A DNA stretch of 64,000 nt from Spirochaetia bacterium (GTDB taxonomy: Bacteria > Spirochaetota > Spirochaetia > WTKD01 > G963693115), in contig CBDAKK010000003.1 in assembly GCA_965196605.1 (NCBI GenBank), positions 16,821-80,820 on the forward strand. The letters are read 5' to 3'. Positions 27,759-39,129 of the stretch are shown piece after piece. The position numbers and the translations under genes are program-made. Numbering within the stretch: the stretch's first letter is position 1; each line of letters starts with the position of its first letter. The notes beneath the pieces are model-generated. The model had not been told where the DNA came from. It searched no databases and was given only the letters and a program-made list of their open reading frames with translations.

Positions 27759-28922
27759 CTACCACTCGGCAATAGCGCCGTCTTTATAGTGCCATATTGG
27801 GTTGCGCCATTGGTGTGGTGTTTTTGCACGTTCTGCTACAACTTCTTCATCAATTTCTACACCCAGTCCCGCGCGAGAGGGTAACGCTATAAAGCCCTTT
27901 GTTATGCCTAGCGCGTCTTTGTTTTGCACGTAATCAAGCACTTCAGCGCCACCTTGCGCGTTGTAATGAATGCCCATGCTCTGCTCTTGTATAAGCGCGT
28001 TATACGCAAGGGCGTTGACGTGCAAAGCGGAGGCAAGCGCAATGGGGCCAAGGGGGCAGTGCAGTGCTACTTGCACGTCGTAGCTTTCAGCCAAATGCGC
28101 AATGCGCAAACATTCGCTTATTCCGCCTGCGTGGGAAATGTCCGGCTGCACTACGTTTACCCCGCCGCGTTCAAGCAAGGTTTTAAATTCATAGCGCGTG
28201 AACATGCGCTCGCCCGTGGCTATGGGTATGCTGCTTAACCCTGCAACTTCCGCTAAGGCGTGCGTGTGCTCAGGCAGCAAGGGCTCTTCTACAAAAAAAA
28301 TGCCGTAGGGCTCCAGTGCGCGCAGCAGACGCTTGGCCATTGCCTTGTGCACGCGCCCGTGAAAGTCAAGCGCAATGTCAAAGTCTGCCCCCACCGCTTC
28401 GCGTACCGCAGCAACGCGCTGTATAATTTTTTCCACCGCTGCGGGCGTGTCTATAAACGCGAGAGTCCCGCTTGCATTCATCTTGATAGCGCTAAAGCCG
28501 CGTTTCTGCGCCTCTCGCGCTTCGCGCGCGGTCTCTTCGGCGCTGTGTGGCATGTCGCCACCTATCCACGTGTACATTCTCACTTTTTCGCGCACAGGCC
28601 CGCCTAACAGCGCGTACACGGGCGCATTGTAGTACTTGCCTTTTATGTCCCACAAGGCTTGGTCAATGCCTGCAATGGCGCTCATGAGCACGGCACCGCC
28701 GCGGTAAAAACCGCCACGGTACATGGTCTGCCACAAGCGCTCTATGTGTAGCGGGTTTTGACCAAGCAGCACATGCTCAAGTTCTCCCACCGCGCAGCTC
28801 ACCGTCTGCGCCTTGCCTTCTATAACGGGCTCGCCCCACCCCACCAAGCCTTCATCGGTTTCAATTTTTATAAAACACCAGCGCGGCGGCACAAGGTATT
28901 TTTTTATTGCTGTGATTTTCAT
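27759..28922 (-). CDS. dgoD: D-galactonate dehydratase (enolase superfamily)
   Basis: MKITAIKKYLVPPRWCFIKIETDEGLVGWGEPVIEGKAQTV is near-identical in pattern to the DgoD N-termini. Confidence 0.8.
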   Translation of the reverse strand: MKITAIKKYLVPPRWCFIKIETDEGLVGWGEPVIEGKAQTVSCAVGELEHVLLGQNPLHIERLWQTMYRGGFYRGGAVLMSAIAGIDQALWDIKGKYYNAPVYALLGGPVREKVRMYTWIGGDMPHSAEETAREAREAQKRGFSAIKMNASGTLAFIDTPAAVEKIIQRVAAVREAVGADFDIALDFHGRVHKAMAKRLLRALEPYGIFFVEEPLLPEHTHALAEVAGLSSIPIATGERMFTRYEFKTLLERGGVNVVQPDISHAGGISECLRIAHLAESYDVQVALHCPLGPIALASALHVNALAYNALIQEQSMGIHYNAQGGAEVLDYVQNKDALGITKGFIALPSRAGLGVEIDEEVVAERAKTPHQWRNPIWHYKDGAIAEW

Positions 28923-28924
28923 GG

Positions 28925-30268
28925 TTACCCCTTAAGCGTGGCTGGCAGCACCAGCGCAATGTTTGGAAACAAAATAAGCAAGAGCAACAACAAGGCTTGC
29001 ATTATGATGTATGGCACTACAGCGCGGAAAATGTCAAAAAGCGAAATGTCTTTGGGGGCAACGCTATGCAAATAAAAAACGCCGGGGCCAAAGGGCGGTG
29101 ACAAAAATGATATTTGCATGTTTACGCAAAAAAGAATTCCAAACCACACGGGGTCGTAGCCGAGCTTTGTGATGATAGGGACAAAAATAGGCACGGTGAG
29201 CATTGCTATGCCAATCCAGTCCATAAACATGCCAAGCAGCATGAGAATGAGCATCATAAAAAGCACAATGGCAACTGGCGGCCAATCTAGCCCCAGTATC
29301 ATATTTTCTATAAATACGTTTCCACCTACGAGGTTGTAGGCGCCAACTAAAATATACGCCCCTATGCCTATCCACATAATCATGCCGCAGGTTTGCATGG
29401 TGGTCTGCAGCGCGTCTTTTACAAGCTTGAGGCTAAACTCGCGCCTGTACAGCGCTATGAGCACAACCGCAACGACGCCCACGCTTGCAGCCTCTGTAAC
29501 AGAGGCTATGCCTAAGTAAATGCTGCCGAGCAAGCTGAAGGCAATGCAGGAAGGGAGCAGAATGTCTCGTATGGCGCGGAGCGCTTGCGCCTTGGTGATG
29601 GGCTGCGCTTTTAGCTCTGCCTTAGAGAGACTTGGTACTTGCTCTGGGCGCAGCATGCCGTAGAGCACTATGTAGAGCATGTACATGCCCGCCAAAATAA
29701 ACGCGGGGATGAACGCGGCGCTGAACAAGTCACCTATGGAGACCGAGGCGGTCAAGCCGTAGATGATGAGCACAATGCTCGGCGGTACCATGGTGCCCAG
29801 CGCGCCGCTTGAGACGCACGTGCCTATGGCAAGGTTTTTGTTGTAACCAAGGCGCAGCATTTGGGGCAACGCGAGTATGCCTAAGAGTACAGTTTCTCCC
29901 CCTATTATGCCCGACATGGCGGCTAAAAACACCCCTATGATAACGGTTTGTATTGCTACGCCACCCTTGAGCCCGCGCGTGAACAACCACATGGCGTTGT
30001 ACAAGTCGCGCGCAATGCCCGTTTTGTCGAGCAGCGCGGCCATCAGCACAAACATGGGCACTGCCAAAAGGGAGTACGAACTCATAAAGCCGTAGACTCG
30101 GTTTGCAATGAGCGGTAGCGTTTGCGCAGAAAACCAGCCCACGACCAAGACAATGGAGATAACGCCCGTGAGAAAGGCGAGGGGCACGCGCGAGGCGAGC
30201 AGTATCAGCATGGCCGCGAAAATTAAAATGGTGATGGGCGCTACGCCCAAAGTGCTTAAGCCGAGCAT
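28925..30268 (-). CDS. TRAP transporter large permease (DctM family)
   Basis: 447 aa with multiple TM segments and DctM-like organisation. Located downstream of the DctQ/DctP genes. Confidence 0.8.
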   Translation of the reverse strand: MLGLSTLGVAPITILIFAAMLILLASRVPLAFLTGVISIVLVVGWFSAQTLPLIANRVYGFMSSYSLLAVPMFVLMAALLDKTGIARDLYNAMWLFTRGLKGGVAIQTVIIGVFLAAMSGIIGGETVLLGILALPQMLRLGYNKNLAIGTCVSSGALGTMVPPSIVLIIYGLTASVSIGDLFSAAFIPAFILAGMYMLYIVLYGMLRPEQVPSLSKAELKAQPITKAQALRAIRDILLPSCIAFSLLGSIYLGIASVTEAASVGVVAVVLIALYRREFSLKLVKDALQTTMQTCGMIMWIGIGAYILVGAYNLVGGNVFIENMILGLDWPPVAIVLFMMLILMLLGMFMDWIGIAMLTVPIFVPIITKLGYDPVWFGILFCVNMQISFLSPPFGPGVFYLHSVAPKDISLFDIFRAVVPYIIMQALLLLLLILFPNIALVLPATLKG

Positions 30269-30269
30269 G

Positions 30270-30806
30270 CTAGTTTTTGTGTTGCCCTCTGCGGAGCGCT
30301 GCTATTTTTGCGTATGCGTGCACTGCAGCAAGCGCCACAAACAGCACAAGGGTTGCGCTCATGCTCAGTTTGACCACGGCGGGGAATATGGAATTCCACG
30401 AAGAACCCGTGCGCTCTAAGCGTATGCTGCCGTCAGGGGCAAAGAGCGCCAGCTTTGTCATGGCAAAGACCGAGAGGCTTAAAAGCACGAGATATAGGAG
30501 TGCAACAATGTCGGCAAAAAGCGCAAAAAAGGCCTGTGCCTTTTTGGGGAGTAGATCCACAATGACGGAAACCGCTATGTGTTTGTTTTTTGCAAATGCG
30601 TAAAGTCCACCGTATATCATGGCTATGCCCGCAAGCGCGAGGGCACTTTCATGCACCCACACCGTGGGCTTGTTAAATGCGTAGCGCATGAGTACTTCGT
30701 AGAAGGAAATTACCACAATGCAGGCGTAGAGCCACGAAATCTTTTCGCCTATTGCAATGACCACGCCGTTAGCGCGCGAAAGAACATTGTGAGAATTGCG
30801 CTTCAT
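30270..30806 (-). CDS. TRAP transporter small permease (DctQ family)
   Basis: 4-TM small protein. Start likely the internal Met MKRNSHNVL. Confidence 0.6.
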   Translation of the reverse strand: MKRNSHNVLSRANGVVIAIGEKISWLYACIVVISFYEVLMRYAFNKPTVWVHESALALAGIAMIYGGLYAFAKNKHIAVSVIVDLLPKKAQAFFALFADIVALLYLVLLSLSVFAMTKLALFAPDGSIRLERTGSSWNSIFPAVVKLSMSATLVLFVALAAVHAYAKIAALRRGQHKN

Positions 30807-31858
30807 CACTCTATCATTCCTTGTTTCTTCAAGTAGCTTAAAGCGCTTTCGTAATACTTTTGTGCCATGGGTGACTTTTTCGCTATGTCCACCCACAAGG
30901 TTGCTGCGGTTTCTCGCACCGTCTTTATATCAGCGGAGTTCCATGAAACTATTTCCGCGCCCTTATCAAGCGCATCTTTTACCGCAACTTGATCTATATC
31001 TTGATGGTTCATAAGAAAAAATTCGCTGTAATACGCAGCTGACGCTTCTAGTATTGCTTGCAAATCGCTCGGGAGTTCATCGTATATTTTTTTATTGATG
31101 CTCAGTTGCACGGTTGGCATGGAGTGCCAGCCCGGATATATGGGGTACTTTCCGACATCGTTCATTCCCTGCGCTTGGTTGCGCGCAAAAATGCTGTAAT
31201 CCGCAGCATCTATGACGCCTTTTTCAAGTGAGGTGTAGACTTCGGAGCCGGGCAAGTTTACGGGAGACGCGCCCAATGCCTTGAACAAATCTTGTACCAA
31301 GCCTTCGGGCGCGCGCAACTTTACGCCTTGTAGGTCCGCTATGCCTCTAATGGGCTTTTTGGAAACAAAGGCTTCAATGCCTACGGTGCTCACCCCCAAA
31401 AGTTGAACTCCATATGAATTGAGGAGTTCATTTGCAATTTCAAAGCCGCCGCCGTAGTAAATAAAGCGCAGAAAATCCCACGGTGACTCCCACGCGCCAA
31501 TGAGGTTTCCAAACAGTGAAAACGCGGCATCTTTTCCGCTAAAATACGAGGGATCGGTTATGTCGCCCTGAATAATGTTGTTGCCCACCGCATCCAGCGT
31601 TTGGTTGTGTTCAACCACTGAGCCCGCAGCTGCAATGCTTATGCGTATGCGCCCATTGGACGCGCGAAAGACGAGGTCTGCCCACTGCTTTTCAATTTCA
31701 AAGGCAATTTCGCCGGGTTGGTCAGAGGACTGAAAGACCCATTCGTATTGAGCCGTCTTGTTTTTGGTTGTGCCTGCTTCTGCGGCTTTCTCAGCTTTGC
31801 CACAAGAGACCATGCCCATGGCCAAAATTGACAGTAATAAGAACGCTATTTTTTTCAT
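30806..31858 (-). CDS. TRAP transporter substrate-binding protein (DctP family), lipoprotein
   Basis: GGAGG ribosome-binding site plus ATG at 31858 (MKKIAFLLLSILAMGMVSC, lipobox). DctP-type periplasmic-binding fold. Confidence 0.75.
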   Translation of the reverse strand: MKKIAFLLLSILAMGMVSCGKAEKAAEAGTTKNKTAQYEWVFQSSDQPGEIAFEIEKQWADLVFRASNGRIRISIAAAGSVVEHNQTLDAVGNNIIQGDITDPSYFSGKDAAFSLFGNLIGAWESPWDFLRFIYYGGGFEIANELLNSYGVQLLGVSTVGIEAFVSKKPIRGIADLQGVKLRAPEGLVQDLFKALGASPVNLPGSEVYTSLEKGVIDAADYSIFARNQAQGMNDVGKYPIYPGWHSMPTVQLSINKKIYDELPSDLQAILEASAAYYSEFFLMNHQDIDQVAVKDALDKGAEIVSWNSADIKTVRETAATLWVDIAKKSPMAQKYYESALSYLKKQGMIE

Positions 31859-32089
31859 AAAATCCTCCGTGTTTTGTTTCTGCTGGCAATGCATTGGTAG
31901 CGCGCACCTTGCAAGTTGCATTGTCATGAAATTATTTTTTTACTGTACTCCTAAATTCCAAAAATGTCAAATTATTCAAAAAGAGAATTGCTTTTTCTTA
32001 TGTGAACAATGTTGCATGGAGTATAGGGCATGCATTTTCGACATTTTTTTGACACAGTGCTGAGTGCAGACCAATTTTTCCAAAAAACA

Positions 32090-33260
32090 CATGTGTGCAG
32101 CTTTGCGACACTTGCTATGAGCTCCATTTCTGTGTCGCACCATCCATGGCGCCCCTTCAGCCCCCTCCATGGGGCGGTCGTCCGCTCCGTTCTATTTAAT
32201 GTTTCTAGCCATACCCTCGATGGCGCACAATGCGTGCCATCCGAATGAATAACGTATTTAAAATAGCTGCTTGGCAACGGAAAGAATTCATACAACACTG
32301 CGTTAGCAAAATTGCGATAGCTTCCGCGCGCGTAGCGCTCAACACGCATGAGTAATCTCTATACCTCGCACATTAGTCCCTATGGCGTAGCCCCACAAGA
32401 TGTTTTTTTCTTTGATGCGAATACTCCATGTCTGCTACGCTGCGCTCCGCAATCTGAATGTCAGCATCCCCTCGCTACGCTCGTGAGCGTCATCACAGCC
32501 GTGCCATGGACGACATAAGAAGCGTTTGCTTAATACGCGGGGGCGTGGGGGCGTGCCCCCACAGCGAGTTTTCTTTTTTTCTTTGGTACTTTCTTTTTTT
32601 CTTTTGATGCAAGTTCCATGTTTGCACCGCACAGCGGTGCTTATGCAGTAGTTTGCATCCCCTCGCTTCACTCGTGAGCGTCGCACAAAAAGAAAAAAAG
32701 AAAGTACGGCCATTCGAGTATATTGCTTATTTGGTGTTGCGTCTTGGCGACAAGAGGCGTTCACACACACCGCGTGAGCTATAACACAGAAAGACGCGCA
32801 TAGCGCAGAATCCGCGTCTTACCCAAAGGGGGTGTGGGGGTAGCTCCCCCACAAAGCACTTATGCAATAGTTTGCATCCCCTCGCTTCGCTCGTGAACGT
32901 CATCACAGCCGTGCGATGGACGACACAAGAAGCGTTTACTTAATACTTGGGGGCGTAGGGGCGTGCCCCCACAGCGAGTTTTCTTTTTTTCTTTGGTACT
33001 TTCTTTTCTTCTTTTTCGTCGCAAAAAAAGAAAAAAAGAAAGTACAGCCGTCCGAAATGTTTGCATAGTGCGCTCACGTCGTGGCAACAGAAAGAATTCA
33101 TACAATACCGCGTGAGCTATAACACAGAAAGACGCGCATAGCGCAGCACCGCGTCTTACCCAAAGGGGGTGTGGGGGTAGCTCCCCCACAAAGCACTTAT
33201 GCACATCCGGCGTCTTACCCAACAGGGGGGTGGGGATACCCGCCCCCACAAAGACAACGT
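32090..33260. repeat. composite GC-rich intergenic repeat element, family copy 3 (inverted orientation, two tandem sub-copies)
   Basis: Reverse complements of the copy-1 modules: ...cgtgagcgtcatcacagccgtgccatggacg..., hairpins gtgggggcgtgcccccac, gtgggggtagctcccccac, gtggggatacccgcccccac, and the tttcttttttt/aaagaaaaaaag palindrome. Confidence 0.8.
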
Positions 33261-33276
33261 GTGCAACACAGGTGCA

Positions 33277-34149
33277 TTACAAACGGAAGCTAAGCCCTAT
33301 GGAAACTTGGTTACTCAGCATACCGAAAAAGCGCGGTAAACTTGATATGAGCAGGGTGCTTTGATACTTGGTGTTGAGTTGCAAAAGTTTTGTAATCTCC
33401 CATTCGTGTTTAAATTCAAAGCTTAGTCGAAACCATTCGTGTACTGAGGTTACATGAGGGTTGCTATATAGCGGGAGCATTATCTCTTTGTCTGCTTGTC
33501 TTTCCATTTGTGGTGTTGCAAAGTTCCACGCGGGGCGTTTTACAAGTGAGAAAACAGGCATGGCAAGCGCAAAGCGTAAATTGTGTTTTTGTGCGGGCTG
33601 CCATGCTACAAGAATTGAATGACCGAAATCCCACGTTGTAAAAAACGAGAGTACTGGCATGCTTGAGAAAACGTAGCTGCGTGCTTCTAATGTAGTGGCG
33701 ACCATGCCGCCTAATGCCAAGTACCACTGTTGCATGCGCACTACCGGAATGAGAAGCCTGTATTCAACAGTACCTTGTACTGCAATACGTAAGGAACTTT
33801 TGTATGTACCGTTGCCCGGCACCACATGCATGTTGGGACGCGTAAGTTCACCTGCCATTGCTTGAAATATTATTCGATGCTCATGTCGCGGCGCGCGGTA
33901 CTCGTAGCCGAATGTAAGTCCGCCTTGTAGCGCGTGGTAAAGCAATGGAGAGATGAGTTTGTCTCGCACTATTGCATAATCAAACAGTGCGTTGATCATA
34001 ATATGATGTGGACGATTACTCTGAAAAGCCTTTGAAGGCGGGGCAGGCTTTGTGTTGTCGAGTTCAGCAGAAAAAGCAGTACATGGCAAGACAAAACTTG
34101 CGAACATGAGTGCAGCTATTGTACAAGCGTGCAATGCACGCGTACTCAT
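33277..34149 (-). CDS. exported hypothetical protein (possible outer-membrane beta-barrel)
   Basis: Signal peptide. Alternating amphipathic pattern. C-terminus ends ...GLSFRL. Confidence 0.35.
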   Translation of the reverse strand: MSTRALHACTIAALMFASFVLPCTAFSAELDNTKPAPPSKAFQSNRPHHIMINALFDYAIVRDKLISPLLYHALQGGLTFGYEYRAPRHEHRIIFQAMAGELTRPNMHVVPGNGTYKSSLRIAVQGTVEYRLLIPVVRMQQWYLALGGMVATTLEARSYVFSSMPVLSFFTTWDFGHSILVAWQPAQKHNLRFALAMPVFSLVKRPAWNFATPQMERQADKEIMLPLYSNPHVTSVHEWFRLSFEFKHEWEITKLLQLNTKYQSTLLISSLPRFFGMLSNQVSIGLSFRL

Positions 34150-34317
34150 GGTAATTTCTTGAGCAAAATACTAATTGCTCTATCAAGCATAGGGTCAACT
34201 TGTCCTTTATATTCTTGATAATCGGCAGTAGTGATAACCTCTTTGTAGCTCATGGAAACATGTGGTGGGATACCATCTTGCTCGTAGTTCTTTTTCTTAT
34301 TTTCAGCAGTAATGCCT

Positions 34318-35301
34318 TCAGAATACCCCGTGGTGTACGAAAGCCCCCCAACCGTTTGGCATTTGCGCTACCATCATGTAGCCGGTAATACCCTTAGTAG
34401 CTTGCCCAACATGGGTTACGTAGTCAAAACGCCGCAGGGCAAGCGTCATATACTCACCATTGCTGCCTGTGCCACCATCAGTAATAAGCACAATTGGTTT
34501 TGTATATTGTCGCGGCCCCTGTGGCTCAGCGTGCCATGCATACGGTGCTGCAAAGTCGTTTCTACCCGGGCCATTTTTCATATACATGTCCATAAAGTGT
34601 TTTCTTTCTTTCACAAAACGACCAACTATATGCAGCATATTTCCGGGGTATCCTCCGGGATTTTGCCGAATATCGAGAATAAGTCCATCCGTATATGCAA
34701 GCCTTGACACAATGGCATCTATGTCGTGCGCCCATTTTTGAACGGTTGTCAACTTCAAATCTTTATTGTCTGCAAAAGTTCTGATATACACATACCCAAG
34801 GTTTTTGCCCTGCGCCTTGTCATCAACTATAGCACCGTACATCATCACTTTGTTGGTGCCGTAGTCTCGTAGTGTTGACTGTAAGTAATATTGATATACC
34901 CTATCGGGCGCATTTTTCGTAAACCCCGATGTTCTTCTATATGAACGATTTGCAATATAAGGATGAAATAACTTGTGTCCATATTGTATATTTGTGCCAT
35001 GTCCCAATGAAAAAGATATGTGGGCATCTTTCAAACGCGCTAATACGTCTTTTAAAACATCCATCAATTCATGGCTTGACATATCACTGCTAATACGAGA
35101 ACGCGCAGAGCGCATTACTTTATTCCAGCTAAAGTCGTTTTTCGCTTCCTTCCACGCCAACGATGCGTATGAATCTGAAATTCTGTCGCGCACGTAATCA
35201 AAATTAACAAAGCCATCCATGCGCTTTTCATCAATTCCCATAAAAAGTTCGCATGTACTAAGCGTTGCTATACATACACATAAAATTATAAATCGTGTCA
35301 T
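34318..35301 (-). CDS. S41-family (C-terminal processing) peptidase-like lipoprotein
   Basis: Lipobox LSTC. Motifs DIRQNPGG (cf. DLRNNGGG) and ITDGGTGSNGE (cf. GSASASE). Confidence 0.55.
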   Translation of the reverse strand: MTRFIILCVCIATLSTCELFMGIDEKRMDGFVNFDYVRDRISDSYASLAWKEAKNDFSWNKVMRSARSRISSDMSSHELMDVLKDVLARLKDAHISFSLGHGTNIQYGHKLFHPYIANRSYRRTSGFTKNAPDRVYQYYLQSTLRDYGTNKVMMYGAIVDDKAQGKNLGYVYIRTFADNKDLKLTTVQKWAHDIDAIVSRLAYTDGLILDIRQNPGGYPGNMLHIVGRFVKERKHFMDMYMKNGPGRNDFAAPYAWHAEPQGPRQYTKPIVLITDGGTGSNGEYMTLALRRFDYVTHVGQATKGITGYMMVAQMPNGWGAFVHHGVF

Positions 35302-35690
35302 ATGCTTCCATATAAAGGAATAGCAACTTATGAATTTGAAACAAGGAAATTGATAAAAATGTTAATGAAAAGTAACAATGCCACGCGGTTAGGAGCATTG
35401 TTTTTATAATTTCATACCTATTGTTTGAGAGATTTGTGAAAGTAACTGGATTGTAATATGCAACACGACACTATAATTTAAGAAGCACATTATTGCGAAT
35501 TGCTATCTTTTTTGTGTTGTAGAAATATGATGTGCAAAAAATTGACACCTCCCTTGTACGCATGAAAGTTTTGCAAGAAGCCGAGCATGCAAACGACCGT
35601 ACCATTACTAACAAAGAAGTGTTTGTAGAATCAAACGCAATCTGAAATTATTTCGTCAAACTGCGCCTTATTAAAAATTTATTTGTTCTT

Positions 35691-36626
35691 TTAACTACCA
35701 AATTTCACCATGACATGTTTCGTAGGAATAAGAATATAAAATACCGCACCTTTTTTTCCCTTGGCTATCATTACGTACGAATTTTTTCCTACTAATATAG
35801 GCAGAGACATATTCTTATCTATGGTTATCACTTCCTTGACAATACCATCTTTTAAGGTTATCTCTCTCCACCTTTGTCCATTCGGTCCGTCTCGCAACGA
35901 AATATCCATGTGGTCTCCATGTTTTTTATGAGCTATATCGTGACTATTATTCCCTTCATAGGATTCCAGATGCGCTTTTCCTAAGTGTTTATGCCCTTTA
36001 TGATGAGCTGCCTTAGTGAGAAACATGTCTTTATCTTTAAAATACTTTATTTGGAGCTTGAAGGGACTTTGAAATTTTACGCCACTTTTTCCATGTTGGT
36101 TATCCTCATACCCGAGATCACCACCTACCAAGGTGCTAACAACATCACCAACTATTTTTCGTATACGATGATTGCCACTATCAGAAATGTACATTCTATC
36201 TGCGGTATCTATTACTATGCTGGTAGGCTTATTAAAAAGCGCTTCATTAAGCCTATGTCCGTTTTGAAAACCACCGGCACCTTTTTTTCCCGCAAAGGTT
36301 GTTACTTCACCTTCAGGACTTATTTTTCGTATTACGTTGTTTCCCGTATCAGCGACATACAAAGTCCCTTTTGAGTCCCTTGAAAACATATGGGGACTGT
36401 CAAACCTCGCATCAACACCAACTCCATCTTGATAACCCTTTTCATTAACTGCGCCCGCGAATACATATTTAGCAAGCTCTTCATCGCTCATTCCTTCTGC
36501 TTTTTTAAGTGCTGCCTTTTTCGTAAGCGCAAGACCTTCATCAACATTTGCATCATCACACGCAAACAACAAAAGTGCAAACAACACCACAAACATACAT
36601 TTATACAACTGAATATTTTTAATCAC
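35691..36626 (-). CDS. NHL-repeat lipoprotein with a novel His-rich C-terminal domain (paralogue 2)
   Basis: Start reassigned to the GTG at 36626, 7 nt after the AAGGGAGA ribosome-binding site. This gives MIKNIQLYKCMFVVLFALLLFAC, parallel to MIKSIQPLKIIVFFLFIILFLLAC of paralogue 1. NHL repeats. Shared C-terminal segment HMDISLRDGPNGQRWR...ILIPTKHV. AT-rich. Confidence 0.65.
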   Translation of the reverse strand: MIKNIQLYKCMFVVLFALLLFACDDANVDEGLALTKKAALKKAEGMSDEELAKYVFAGAVNEKGYQDGVGVDARFDSPHMFSRDSKGTLYVADTGNNVIRKISPEGEVTTFAGKKGAGGFQNGHRLNEALFNKPTSIVIDTADRMYISDSGNHRIRKIVGDVVSTLVGGDLGYEDNQHGKSGVKFQSPFKLQIKYFKDKDMFLTKAAHHKGHKHLGKAHLESYEGNNSHDIAHKKHGDHMDISLRDGPNGQRWREITLKDGIVKEVITIDKNMSLPILVGKNSYVMIAKGKKGAVFYILIPTKHVMVKFGS

Positions 36627-36802
36627 AAGATATTCTCCCTTATTAAAATAGCTAGATATTACTAATATTATGTATAGGATATAATTGTATTTTTTCAAAA
36701 AAGAATTTGGGAAAATAAAAATTATAAGTAAAAATAAAATTAAATAAAAATTTATAAACGATACAATTTAAGAATAGTTTATAATTTTTTGATAGAGGAC
36801 AC

Positions 36803-37513
36803 ATGAACGATATTTTACAAGGCATAGAAAAAAAGGCGGCTATATATTTTGTGAGGCACGCGGAGTCTGAACACAATGCAGCGCGACTTATGGCGGGGCG
36901 CTTAGAAACACCCCTTACCCAAAAGGGGGTTGCGCAAGCAGAGAGTACCGCTAAGTACCTTGTGGAGCATGCGCCCACAAGTAGCGCTATTGTGCACTCA
37001 CCCATAGGGCGTGCTAAACACACCGCACGCATTATTTACAATGCGTATCAAAGCGTGCGCGCCCCGGAGGCTCAGCTACACCTTAAAGAGTCCGCAGAAC
37101 TTGTGGAACTAGACGTCGGTATTTTTGAAGACAAAAGCATTATTCACATACAGGAGCAACACCCAGAGCATTACGCGCGTTTTGTGCAAAAAAGCTGGGA
37201 AGCGGTACCCCAAGCAGAACGTATTTTGTCACTTATTGCGCGTGCGCGTAAGGTGTGGAAAATGATAGCAAGCCTTATTGATGCGGGACACACCACGCTC
37301 ATACTGGTTTCGCACGGCGGGTTTATGCAGTGGCTCTTCAAAACCTCCTTTGGCTTTTCAGGCGAGCATGTGGACAAATGGGCGCCCATAGTCAAAATAT
37401 CAAACTGCGGTGTCTTTTGCTTAAACATAGAGCCACTGCTACACAGCGAAAACTGCGCCCAAAGCGGACACGCGCAATGGACGCTCACAAACTACACCGC
37501 GTACGTAGCTTGA
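36803..37513 (+). CDS. histidine phosphatase family protein (phosphoglycerate-mutase-like)
   Basis: RHG catalytic motif in IYFVRHAESEHN. Confidence 0.65.
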   Translation: MNDILQGIEKKAAIYFVRHAESEHNAARLMAGRLETPLTQKGVAQAESTAKYLVEHAPTSSAIVHSPIGRAKHTARIIYNAYQSVRAPEAQLHLKESAELVELDVGIFEDKSIIHIQEQHPEHYARFVQKSWEAVPQAERILSLIARARKVWKMIASLIDAGHTTLILVSHGGFMQWLFKTSFGFSGEHVDKWAPIVKISNCGVFCLNIEPLLHSENCAQSGHAQWTLTNYTAYVA

Positions 37514-39129
37514 CATGCATGGCGGTGATAAACATGCAGAGCCCTTTATCGCAAGCAAGACACCGCGAACAAAACGCAGACTTACCTTATAAACAAAGAC
37601 CACGCTTACAACACTTAAAAGTAAAAAAGCGCACAATCAATGACAACTAACAGCCCCCATATTAATGGGTATTGAACTAAAAAAAGAGGAGTGAGCAAAA
37701 TGTGACACTGCTCACTCCCCTCCTTACCTTTAAAAAGCACTACAAATGTCTAAGGCATGCTTGGGCATACTTTGCTCGTACAAGCTTGAAACCCTATTCT
37801 TGTGAATGTAGACCATTGTGATGCTTCGTTATAATTCGTCTCTTTAACACGCTGTTGCACACCAACTATTGAAGAGTTATGAACACCTATTCCCGTAATC
37901 TTTATTTTTCCCTCACTAGTAATGCTAGGTGTACCCGGATACTGCTTCCCATTATCCTTCAGTCTGATTACCCGGTATTCATACATTGTAGGATTATACT
38001 CGAATATTGCTTCTGATTCTGCAGTATTCGTAGTATAACCTACACGAATTATTGGCATCTGAATTATTGCTGACCACAAGAATGGAGCACTTGGAGCATC
38101 TGGCTTATATTTTTGAATAGTAAATTTAAAACTTACTGCTTTTTTATTATATTTTTGATGATATAGGAAACCACTAACAATGATTTCGAGAACAGCACCA
38201 TCTCTATTACATATCCCAACAAACTCAGCCCAAGTCCCAAGCCGCCCATCTGCAGAATACGGGTTAAGCAATATGTAAGGTCGTGGAGAAACAGAAATGT
38301 TGGGGTTTAGTAATAGCTTTGTACCTGCAGGCGCGTCTTTAATAATATCTGATTCTATGTCGCTAACCTTAAATCCCCTGGACGTGTCATTATAAAAACC
38401 CTTACACGCATTCTTTCCAAATGTGTAATCGACTGCCCTCGCATTAGTACTCATAACTCCGCGCTCAACAGTATATTCAACCCTAACTTTTTTATTCTCA
38501 TAATTAGGGGCAGCAAGTTCAAATTCTATAGTACTCTTACCTAAATCTCCAGTTTCCTGCAGAGAGAAAACACCATTGTTTTCAATTTTTCTTACAGACT
38601 TCCCACTAATAGAAATGCCTACAATGTCTGTTATTGGTGATACTGGACGGTTGAGAAGTATATTAGCATCCATTTCTTGTTGACCAGGTTCACCGTCAAT
38701 AAAATCCTTGAGTATTTCTTTTTCATCATACTTTTTCAAATTTTCTGTATGTTTGACTACTTTGTTTTTTCCTGTCACATTAGCTGAAAATTTCGCTTTA
38801 GTAAACTCAACCTTCACAGCATCTGACCACACCGATTTACTGTGAGTATTTGTACTCTTAGACTGCCGCTTTATAATTCCCACATATGGCGCCGTTGCGC
38901 TTATTACTCCATGATTAATAGCAATCTTGTTACTATCCGGTTTTATTTCATACTTATACTTATTTGCATCATAACCGCTTATGTTTATAGCAGTCCCCCA
39001 CGCTACCTTAGACTGCGATAATGTCACTGGACCCGGCTTCTTCTGTGTTGCGGGACTTATTATAAAATCTATCGCTACGGGTTTACTGTTATAATTCGGA
39101 TTCTGTAATGTTACCTCCACCGTACTTGT

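Noticed and set aside
19139-33260. Possibility that the repeated GC-rich palindromic elements are a CRISPR array or integron attC sites
   Set aside because: There is no regular repeat-spacer periodicity and no short direct repeats of 28-37 bp. The elements are 400-1100 bp composites sitting between housekeeping genes, with no cassette-like short ORFs or integrase. The GTTRRRY/RYYYAAC core sites were not evident.
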